DNA of 64,000 nucleotides from Gemmatimonadales bacterium. GTDB lineage: Bacteria; Gemmatimonadota; Gemmatimonadetes; Gemmatimonadales; GWC2-71-9. A program made the translations under genes and the position numbers. The stretch is from the NCBI GenBank assembly GCA_041615815.1, contig JBFJCP010000001.1, forward strand, positions 204,337 to 268,336, written 5' to 3'. The notes under the pieces were generated by a model, which was given only the letters and a program-made list of their open reading frames with translations, had not been told where the DNA came from and ran no database searches. Shown in pieces: positions 48,699-56,876 of the stretch. The stretch's first letter is position 1; each line of letters starts with the position of its first letter.

Positions 48699-50063
48699 AT
48701 GAACATGCTTAGATCCAAGCTATTGCGCGGCGCCGGCTGGCGAGCACGGGTGACTCCCGTGCTTGCCGTCGTAGCCGCGTTGGCGTTGGCAGGGTGCGAC
48801 AATCTGATCGACGTCCAAAACCCCAACAACGTCAACGAAGAAAACGTCAATGACCCCGTTTCCGCGTTGGCCATTGCGAGCGGCATCCTGTCTGAGGTCC
48901 AGGACGCCTGGGAAGAGTCGCTCACGCCCTATTCCACTGCCACAGATGAATTGAAGTGGGTGGGGTCGCGGGATTCCTGGACGCAACTGGAGCGCGGTGA
49001 CCTCGGTGACCCCATCAACGAGTTCACCGACGCGGCGTTTCCGGACGTCGGTGAAGCCAGGTGGCTTGCCGACGAGGGGATCAAGATTCTCGAGGGATTC
49101 GATCCGGCGGATTACGACCCGATCAACCTCGCCCAGGCGTACCTCTACGGCGGCGTGCTGTACATGTCGATCGCGGACCGCTGGGACGACTTCGTGATTT
49201 CGTCCAGCAAGCAGGAGGCGGGACCGCCGGTTGGCGAGGCCAACATGGCGTCGCTGTATGACACCGCGGTCGCGTACTTCACCAGCGGGCTCGCGATTGC
49301 TGTGAGCGAGGGCAATACGGAGCTCCAGACCCGTTTCCTGGCGCTTCGCGCTGTTGCGCGGCACCGTCAGGCCGTCTGGAACGTGGTGCAACCCTCGTTC
49401 ACGGGTCCCGCACCGGTGTACGTGAGCCTGCCAGCGGCAGCAATTCAGGATGCCAATGATGCGCTCGCGTTGATCGGGCCGGCGGACTGGCAATTCGGCT
49501 TCGTCTACTCCGCCCAGACCCGGACCAACACCATGGCGTTCTGGGTCAACGAGCGCCTGGAGCACCGGGTGGACGATCGCTACGGGGTGCCCGATGGCTC
49601 GGACAAGACCGTCAATGCGACGGCCCTGCTCGATCCGATCGACGGGACCCCCGACCCGGAGCTCGACCAGATCATCTTCGACGAGCTCACCTGCTGCGGC
49701 GACGAGAGCCCGTTGCGGATCACGTCAGTGCATGAGCTTTACCTGATTCTGGCGGAAGACGCCATCGCCACTAGCGCTGACGTGAACGATCCGGCGGCCG
49801 TGGGATTCATCAACAGCCTGCGTGCATTGAACGGATTGACACCCTTCAACGCGTTGACCCATGCGCCGCTCACGGCTGCAGATCACGTGCAGCACCACCG
49901 ACAGGCTAGCCTGTTCGTGCACGGCGTTCGACTCTCGGACATGTATCGGTTTGGGATCACCGACACGCGGTGGGTAGCGGGATCGCAGGCACTCACATCG
50001 CCCGGCGTATTCCTGCCGATCACGACGATCGAGTGCAACGCGAATCCAAACATATCCTGCTAA
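48699..50063 (+). CDS. SusD/RagB family lipoprotein
   Basis: LAGC lipobox; LILAEDA, INSLRA, SLFVHGVRLSDMYRFG. Confidence 0.88.
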   Translation: MNMLRSKLLRGAGWRARVTPVLAVVAALALAGCDNLIDVQNPNNVNEENVNDPVSALAIASGILSEVQDAWEESLTPYSTATDELKWVGSRDSWTQLERGDLGDPINEFTDAAFPDVGEARWLADEGIKILEGFDPADYDPINLAQAYLYGGVLYMSIADRWDDFVISSSKQEAGPPVGEANMASLYDTAVAYFTSGLAIAVSEGNTELQTRFLALRAVARHRQAVWNVVQPSFTGPAPVYVSLPAAAIQDANDALALIGPADWQFGFVYSAQTRTNTMAFWVNERLEHRVDDRYGVPDGSDKTVNATALLDPIDGTPDPELDQIIFDELTCCGDESPLRITSVHELYLILAEDAIATSADVNDPAAVGFINSLRALNGLTPFNALTHAPLTAADHVQHHRQASLFVHGVRLSDMYRFGITDTRWVAGSQALTSPGVFLPITTIECNANPNISC

Positions 50064-50089
50064 AGCCAAGCAGCGATACGGAGCAGTTG

Positions 50090-50120
50090 GAGAGGCGGCC
50101 GCTTGGCCGCCTCTCTTTTT
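50090..50120 (+). terminator. Rho-independent terminator
   Basis: GAGAGGCGGCC-GCTT-GGCCGCCTCTC-TTTTT. Confidence 0.9.
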
Positions 50121-50272
50121 GTCCGGTCTTCTCTGACCAGGGTAACGTCGCCAGAGAGGGGGGAAGCGCCGTGCTGAGACTCTGCGAGACGGGTGAGGCG
50201 TCACTCGCGGATTACGTTGGTTGTAAGAAGTGGAAAGGGCGCGCTACATTTACCTTGAGTCCGCAACGGTCC

Positions 50273-50346
50273 GCCCCCGTAGCTCAACCGGACAGAGCAC
50301 AGGACTTCTAATCCTGGGGTTGGAGGTTCGAGTCCTCCCGGGGGCG
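50273..50346 (+). tRNA. tRNA-Arg (UCU)
   Basis: GCCCCCG acceptor stem; CAGGA-CTTCTAA-TCCTG anticodon arm; GGTTCGAGTCC. Confidence 0.95.
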
Positions 50347-50377
50347 CTCGACCCCTCCAACCTCAAACAGACGCCGC

Positions 50378-50797
50378 CTACGATACGTCGGGCAGAAGCC
50401 CCGCCAAAATGCGATTGGTCCCATTGAGGACCGCTTTCACGGTCGCCTCCTCGGGATTCTCCTTGATGAGACAGAATCCGACGGAGTAGCGGACATGATC
50501 GTCTTCGCGCACCGCCAGGGCGATGACCACCGCAGTCGCATCGAACACCTTCACCGTCTCGATGTCCAAGATCTCGAACGTGGCTTGACCCGAAAGGACC
50601 CGCTTGAGACAGTCGCAGGTGGCTTGGGCCGCGCACCGCATACGACCCAATTCCGTTGCGTCTTCCTCTGCCGCACCGACGAATGTCTGCCCCTCCCAAT
50701 CCATATCCACGCGCGCGCCGCATCGGGCGCCCGCAAGGTCCTCCATCGCGAGGGCGACGAACCGGACCCGCGGGACCGTTCCAGCACCCATACGCAT
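50378..50797 (-). CDS. Hypothetical protein, possible stand-alone LeuA allosteric-domain fold
   Basis: GGAG RBS; C-terminal EATVKAVLNGTNR. Confidence 0.6.
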   Translation of the reverse strand: MRMGAGTVPRVRFVALAMEDLAGARCGARVDMDWEGQTFVGAAEEDATELGRMRCAAQATCDCLKRVLSGQATFEILDIETVKVFDATAVVIALAVREDDHVRYSVGFCLIKENPEEATVKAVLNGTNRILAGLLPDVS

Positions 50798-50972
50798 TTC
50801 TCCTCTCTCCCCATGCCCGGGCTCCGCGCCTAGAACGCGGCGCCGCCACAGGTGGCGCGTACACGCGGAATCGGTTCGGGCGCGAGGCCCCGGGAATTGC
50901 CCCGGGGACGAAAACGGCGGGGAACAACCGATTCTAGAACAATGTCCCAGCGTTGGCTAGGGTCTCGATCAC

Positions 50973-51761
50973 TCAGTCGGTATGCTTCGGGATCCACGGA
51001 AAGAACGCGTTCGTGCGGGCCACGTAGTCTCGATACCGCGGCTTCGTCTGTTCGAGATTGCGCTCCAGCAGCGCCACCCCGGAGACCTTCATCAGCAGCA
51101 CCGTCATGACGACAGGACCATACACGGTCCACCACCCCCCGGATGCTACCGCAAAGACATAGAAGCTCCACCAAACCACCGCATCTCCGAAGTAGTTGGG
51201 GTGCCGGGTGTAGCGCCACAGCCCGCTGTCCAGGACCTTTCCCTTGTTCGAGGGATCGGCCTTGAAGCGGGCCATCTGCCAATCCCCCACGGCCTCGAAG
51301 GTGAGCCCGACACCGAAACCGGCGAGGGCCACCCAATCGAGCCAGATCACCTCCTCCGGCGTGGCCGCGCGCATGACGTCGAGCACGGGAGCGGCCACGA
51401 GCCAGAGAATGACGGCCTGCAAGAGAAACACGGTGATCAGACTCTTGATCGGAAACGCCGCTCCACCCCGCTCGCGCATGGCCCGATAGCGGTAATCCTC
51501 GCCCTCGCCCCAATTGCGCCACGTGATATAGGTCGAGAGACGCACCCCCCACACTGTGACCAGCGTCGCCACGAGGAGCTGGCGCACGCCGCCGATTTCA
51601 CCGATCCACAAAGCGACCCAGGCCACCAGCACGAATCCGAGTCCCCAATACCGGTCCACGAGACTCGCGTCGTGCCGCACGAGACTCGCAATCCAGACCA
51701 GAACCATCAGTCCAGCCGCGGCGGCGAGGCCGACGCTGTAGAGTGTCACGCCAGAGGTCAT
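50973..51761 (-). CDS. DUF1295 family membrane protein (steroid 5-alpha-reductase-like)
   Basis: VDRYWG, EDYRY, GLWRYTRHPNYFGD, YVARTNAFFP. Confidence 0.9.
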   Translation of the reverse strand: MTSGVTLYSVGLAAAAGLMVLVWIASLVRHDASLVDRYWGLGFVLVAWVALWIGEIGGVRQLLVATLVTVWGVRLSTYITWRNWGEGEDYRYRAMRERGGAAFPIKSLITVFLLQAVILWLVAAPVLDVMRAATPEEVIWLDWVALAGFGVGLTFEAVGDWQMARFKADPSNKGKVLDSGLWRYTRHPNYFGDAVVWWSFYVFAVASGGWWTVYGPVVMTVLLMKVSGVALLERNLEQTKPRYRDYVARTNAFFPWIPKHTD

Positions 51762-51792
51762 CGAGAGGTGAACTCCTGCAGGAGGAGAGGGT

Positions 51793-51821
51793 CGGGGGGG
51801 CGGACCGATCCGCCCCCCCCG
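51793..51821 (-). other. GC-rich intergenic hairpin
   Basis: GGGGGGGCGGA-CCGA-TCCGCCCCCCC between the TonB receptor and DUF1295; no clear U-tract. Confidence 0.6.
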
Positions 51822-51858
51822 TCTTCTAACCCCTAGTCCCTAGAGCCTGTCACTGCAG

Positions 51859-54414
51859 TTAGTACGTGGCCGTGAGGCCGCCGAGGAAGCGCCGGCCGAT
51901 CACAGACCCACCATAGATCTGATAGCGCTCCTGATCGAACACATTGGTGGCGATGGCGTGAATACGAAGGTACGGGTTGATCTGGTATCCGGCACTCACA
52001 TCCACGAACTGCCGATCCGGGATGGGACCGCCAAACACGCCCGCAGCCCACTGGTACGAATCCACTAAGTGCGCGACCACGCGGAAATCGAATCCCTGCC
52101 GACCCTGGTACGCCACGGAGAGGTTCGCGCGGTGTTGCGGCGTGTTGGGAAGCAACTGATCGCCCAGCGCCTGGGACTTCACGTCGAACTCGAAGAACGT
52201 GTAATTCCCTTCGAGCAGCAGCTCGTCCGTGGCCCAGATGCCGGTGCCGAGCTCGACGCCGTACTCGTCCACTTTGCCTGCGTTCCCATACGACACGACG
52301 ATGGCCGTCGTCCCGTTGCGGCGGGTGAGGCCCAACGCGGCAACCGTTTGACCGGCGGCGAGGAGTTGATCCCGCACGGCCTGCTCGAGCGCCGGCCGGA
52401 ATGCCTCGGGGACCGCCGCTGGCGCCGTCCACGCACCAAAGGCCGGATTGATCCCGGGGAGCAAGTCCGTGACGAAGTCCGTCAGTCGGCTCCAGTACCC
52501 GTCCACCGTCACGAACACGCGGCGTCCGAGCTGTCCCTTGTACCCGGCCTCGAGACTCGTGACGTGCTCCACGTTCAGGGCCGCGTTGCCCTGCGCCCAA
52601 ACCGCGACCGCCGCGGAGTTGTCGAACAGCTGCCCGTCCGGGACACCGGCCAGGACAGGACCGAGCGGCGACGCCCTGAGTCCCGCCTCGAGAAGGCTGA
52701 AGTCTGCCGGGGCACCGGCCGGGACGTTCAGGAAGAACTCGCTGTAGTTGGGCGTTTGAAAGGCGCGATTGACCGTGAACCGGATCGAGTGATCCGGCGT
52801 GGGCGTGATCACCAACGCGCCTTTGGGAGAGAACTGCGGCTCGAAGAGATCGCTTTCGTCCACACGCGCCGCACCCAGCAACTTCACCTGCGGGGAGACC
52901 TCGAACTCGATTTGGGCGTAACCCGAGTAGTAACCGTCCGACCGATCGTCGTTGGCAGCTGCCATGAGCGTCAGCTCGGTATCGACCAGATACGCTCGCG
53001 CCGACGCACCGATCACCACGCGGCCGCGTTCCTCCGCGAATGGGAAGTTGAATTGCGCTTCACCGTGGACGAGGTGGGACGTCTCCAAGAGATCCAAACC
53101 CGATGCCAGCGATTTCTGCGGATCGATGGTGTTACGACCGGACCACCACGCCATCACGTTGAAGCGCTCGGCCGCCCAGGCCGCGCGAGCCCACGGGCGG
53201 AGTGCCTTCTGCACCTGCACCCGACCGATGCCGGTGACGAACACTTCGTTCTCACTCTGCGCGGCGCCACCGTCGATCGTGAAGACCGAACCGTCATCCG
53301 CGTAGTAGTCGAACCGCGCCGACCCGAAGAAGCTCTGTAGGGGATCGGGATCTCCCGTGGCGGGCCCGAACGGTAGCGGCGCCCCCTCTTTCGTCTGCCC
53401 CGCAAGGGGGACGAGCTCGAACCCGGGAGACGGCGTGATGACCGTATCGGCCAAACCGCTGTACTCCGTTGCGAGATCACCGATGTTCGTCCGAGAGCGA
53501 CTCCAGCTGTCACTGCGGTAGTAGCCGCCGTTGAAGCGGTAGCCGAAACGCCCGTCCGCGGCCACCCCGGCGTGCCGCAGATCGGCCTTGAAGGTGCTCA
53601 GCTCGCCGCCGGCCACCGTGAGCTTGGTCCCGGCCACTTCCCGAGCGGTCGGCGTCGTGATGTTCAGTACGCCGCTGAATGCGTTCGCGCCATAGAGCGC
53701 CGATCCCGGACCCCTGACCATCTCGAGGCGGCCAAGATCCTCCAGTGGAATGGACAGCGCGGACCATTCTTGGGATCCCAGGAATGCCAGCGCCAAGTCC
53801 CGACCATCCTGCAGCACGAGGACCCGTCGGTTGAGGGTCGAGTTGAACCCCCTCGCGTTGACGTTGAAGTCGTTGACCCCACTCTGCACGACGTCTGCTC
53901 CGGGCAGCGCCTCCACGGCTTTGGGGGCCTGACCCGTCACGGACAGGTCGCGCTGGGCTTGGGGACTGACCACCGCCACGGCGGCAGGGGCCTCCACCAC
54001 TCGCTCCGGCGCCCGTGTCACGCCTTCAACCACGACTTCCGCCAGAGTGACCGGCTGAGCCTCCATCGCCACGTCCGCCGTGGTCGTGGCATCCGCGGTG
54101 ACGCTCACCGGCACCCTTTGGGGCCGGTAGCCGAGCCACCGCACGAGGATGACCTGCGCACCAACCGGGACGCGATTGAGCGTGTACGCCCCGTTTCGAT
54201 CGGTAACCGTGCTGATACCGGTCCCTTCCACCGAGACGATCACACCGCGAAGCCCACTCCCATCCGTTGCCTCGGTCACCGTCCCCTGGACGGTCCCCGT
54301 GGCTTGCGCCACGAGTGGGCTCGATGGCCCCGTGAAGAGGGCGATGATCGAGAGGACCAGTAGGGCCCTCACGATTCCGCGGAGATCCCGAAACCGACAC
54401 CCAATGCCTTCCAT
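51859..54414 (-). CDS. TonB-dependent receptor (non-SusC)
   Basis: AGGAGG RBS; LAEVVVE, RGFNSTLNRRVLVLQDGR, EMVRGPGSALYGANAFSGVLNITT, terminal Tyr. Confidence 0.93.
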   Translation of the reverse strand: MEGIGCRFRDLRGIVRALLVLSIIALFTGPSSPLVAQATGTVQGTVTEATDGSGLRGVIVSVEGTGISTVTDRNGAYTLNRVPVGAQVILVRWLGYRPQRVPVSVTADATTTADVAMEAQPVTLAEVVVEGVTRAPERVVEAPAAVAVVSPQAQRDLSVTGQAPKAVEALPGADVVQSGVNDFNVNARGFNSTLNRRVLVLQDGRDLALAFLGSQEWSALSIPLEDLGRLEMVRGPGSALYGANAFSGVLNITTPTAREVAGTKLTVAGGELSTFKADLRHAGVAADGRFGYRFNGGYYRSDSWSRSRTNIGDLATEYSGLADTVITPSPGFELVPLAGQTKEGAPLPFGPATGDPDPLQSFFGSARFDYYADDGSVFTIDGGAAQSENEVFVTGIGRVQVQKALRPWARAAWAAERFNVMAWWSGRNTIDPQKSLASGLDLLETSHLVHGEAQFNFPFAEERGRVVIGASARAYLVDTELTLMAAANDDRSDGYYSGYAQIEFEVSPQVKLLGAARVDESDLFEPQFSPKGALVITPTPDHSIRFTVNRAFQTPNYSEFFLNVPAGAPADFSLLEAGLRASPLGPVLAGVPDGQLFDNSAAVAVWAQGNAALNVEHVTSLEAGYKGQLGRRVFVTVDGYWSRLTDFVTDLLPGINPAFGAWTAPAAVPEAFRPALEQAVRDQLLAAGQTVAALGLTRRNGTTAIVVSYGNAGKVDEYGVELGTGIWATDELLLEGNYTFFEFDVKSQALGDQLLPNTPQHRANLSVAYQGRQGFDFRVVAHLVDSYQWAAGVFGGPIPDRQFVDVSAGYQINPYLRIHAIATNVFDQERYQIYGGSVIGRRFLGGLTATY

Positions 54415-54860
54415 CGAGTTCCTCCTGGGCAGACAGTCCATGAACGAGGCGGTTTTGCGGGACCCGGAGGCGGATCGGGTCCCGTGCTCGACCGGGGAAA
54501 GATGTACTAAATCATTGCGGCCCGCGAGGGTAGAGGCCCTACCCAAGGAAGGGCGAGCGGCCGTGGGACGCGATGCCGCCTCGCACGGGATCGCGGCGCC
54601 GCACCCGCGACGCCCAGGGTCTCACCGTGTAAGGCCTTACTAGAAAACGAGTTGTCACCCCCCTACCAAGCGCCGGCCGCGCTGGCAGCGCCGCTCGCTC
54701 CCCGGTGCCCGAACGTGGCCATCAGCCTCATCACCAACGTGAGAATTCTCACCGCAACCCGGGGGTCATTGGCACATGATTTCCTGTCGCCATTGGCGGC
54801 CCCGTTCGAGCCCGAAGTCGGCAACGGACAACTCGCTCACGGCCAACACTCTCGCATCGA

Positions 54861-56609
54861 ATGACCATGATCCCATGGCGCCACTTCCGTTTCCTCGCAG
54901 CCGTCCTGACGGCTACGGCATTCCCGATCAGCGGGTGCCAGGTCATGACGAGTGCCGAAGAGGACCCCCCGCCGGGCGAGGAACCACCACCAGTACCGGG
55001 AACGCCCGATTTTTCTCTCACCGTCGATCCGGCTAGTCAAACGGTGACACCAAGCGGGGCGGCGCAGTTCAACGCCGACATCCAATTCCTGAACGGGTTC
55101 GAAAGCACCAGTATCACCTTGTCGACATCCGGTGAGCCTGCGGGCGTGACCGTGGATTTCGATCCCAATCCGCTCCCGCATCAGGGACGTTCCGTCCTCA
55201 CGTTGACCGGTGACGGATCGGTTGCCCCTGGCCTGCATACGGTGACCGTCTCCGCCCTATCCGAGGGCATCAGCAAATCCCAGGACGTCGCGCTCGATGT
55301 GACGGCCGCCGCGAGCTTCACGGCCTCGATTTCACCCGGAGCGCAAAACGTCGGCGCCGGCGGTGCCGTGACGTACGACGTAACCGTCACCGGCCTCAAC
55401 GGATTCTCCGATCCGGTCACCTTGGTGGTGACCGGGCTCCCCGCCGACGTGACGGCGAGTTTCTCGTCGAACCCCGTGACGCCCACGGCCACCTCGACAC
55501 TCACGCTCACCACGCAGCCCTCCACGTCGCCGAACACGTATGACTTCACGGTGACCGCCACCGGCGGCTCGATCGAGCGAACGCTGCAGGGAGCGCTGGA
55601 CGTAAATCCGCCGGGATCGGCCTGGGGCATCAACACGGCGGGCAGCACGGGGGCATCCAACAACTGCGTGATCGTGGGTCCCGCTCGGAACGACGGTGTC
55701 GCCCGAGTCTACGTAGGCACCGTCACGACCGGCGAAATCTTCGAGTTCACATGGGGCGGGTCGAGCTGGACCTCTCTCAACATCGGTGGTTCGAACAGTG
55801 GCGAGGAGGTCCACAACATGGGGATGGGAGCGGGACGTGGTGACGGCGTGATTCGCATTTACGCTGGAAGTGTGGACGGCGAGCTCTACGAGCTGTCGTG
55901 GAGCGGCTCCGCGTGGACGCAGACAACGATCGACGCCACGAGCGGCCCGGTGTTCCATGCCGTGGTTGGCGACGGCAGGGGCGATGGCGTCACACGGGTC
56001 TATGCAGGTCGCGGCGGTAGCGTGTGGGAGTACTTGTGGAATGGCTCAGGCTGGGATGCTACGGAAGTTGGATCGGTCTCTGGGGTAGCCCACGGATTGC
56101 GTTTGGGTGACGGGCGAGGAGACGGCCAGCCGCATATCTACGTCGCCACAACGCAAGGCGGGGTCTACGAGGCCACGTTCAGCGGTGGCAGTTGGTCCAT
56201 CGCACAAATCGCGAGCACCCAGGATACGCGGAACGTGAACGTGGGAGCGGGGCGGGGAGACGGCGTCAACAGAGTGTATGCGGCCCGCGCGGCAGGCGTC
56301 ATCACCGAGATCAGCTGGAACGGCAGTTCGTGGACGACGATGGACATCAACCAGCCCGTGGGCGACGTGCTCGTGCACGCCTATTTCACCGATGGACGCG
56401 GTGACGGCGTGACCCGCGTCTACAGTTCCGGAGCGGACGGCAACAGCTACGAATTCACTTGGGACGGCTCGAGTTGGTCGCAATACACGCTCGGCGGGGG
56501 GCAGAACTACATGTACGGGTTCGACGTCGGGTTCGGGCGCAACGACGGCGTCATGCGGCTGTACGGCGCGAGCTTCAACAATCAGCTCTACGAGTACTCG
56601 TGGCAGTGA
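54861..56609 (+). CDS. Lipoprotein: two Ig-like domains plus a 7-repeat beta-propeller (lectin-like)
   Basis: ISGC lipobox; two F(S/T)x(T/S)xxP Ig-like units; seven G.GRxDG..R(V/I)Y...E..W repeats. Confidence 0.8.
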   Translation: MTMIPWRHFRFLAAVLTATAFPISGCQVMTSAEEDPPPGEEPPPVPGTPDFSLTVDPASQTVTPSGAAQFNADIQFLNGFESTSITLSTSGEPAGVTVDFDPNPLPHQGRSVLTLTGDGSVAPGLHTVTVSALSEGISKSQDVALDVTAAASFTASISPGAQNVGAGGAVTYDVTVTGLNGFSDPVTLVVTGLPADVTASFSSNPVTPTATSTLTLTTQPSTSPNTYDFTVTATGGSIERTLQGALDVNPPGSAWGINTAGSTGASNNCVIVGPARNDGVARVYVGTVTTGEIFEFTWGGSSWTSLNIGGSNSGEEVHNMGMGAGRGDGVIRIYAGSVDGELYELSWSGSAWTQTTIDATSGPVFHAVVGDGRGDGVTRVYAGRGGSVWEYLWNGSGWDATEVGSVSGVAHGLRLGDGRGDGQPHIYVATTQGGVYEATFSGGSWSIAQIASTQDTRNVNVGAGRGDGVNRVYAARAAGVITEISWNGSSWTTMDINQPVGDVLVHAYFTDGRGDGVTRVYSSGADGNSYEFTWDGSSWSQYTLGGGQNYMYGFDVGFGRNDGVMRLYGASFNNQLYEYSWQ

Positions 56610-56876
56610 CCGTATCACGCCGCAAACCTCGTGTCCAACCGTCCCTCGGGCGGCGCGAACCCGCTGTCGGGCCCACACCACATGTGGACGACGGCCGTGG
56701 ATGGCGTGTGGTCTCCCCGCCACAACCCAACCCATTCCTTCATCTTCGCTTACCGAGATTTGGGGATGGTGCGGCGCCGCACCGTGGCCCAGTTCCTGCC
56801 ATACGTGCCAGCGCTCTCCGCGTCCCGCTCGGGGACCCATCCGTCATGCGCCCTTTAAGGAGTTAGAGCACGGACC

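Noticed and set aside
39820..50346. Integrative island bounded by tRNA-Pro and tRNA-Arg
   Set aside because: No integrase, transposase or duplicated tRNA 3' end noticed; no obvious compositional shift
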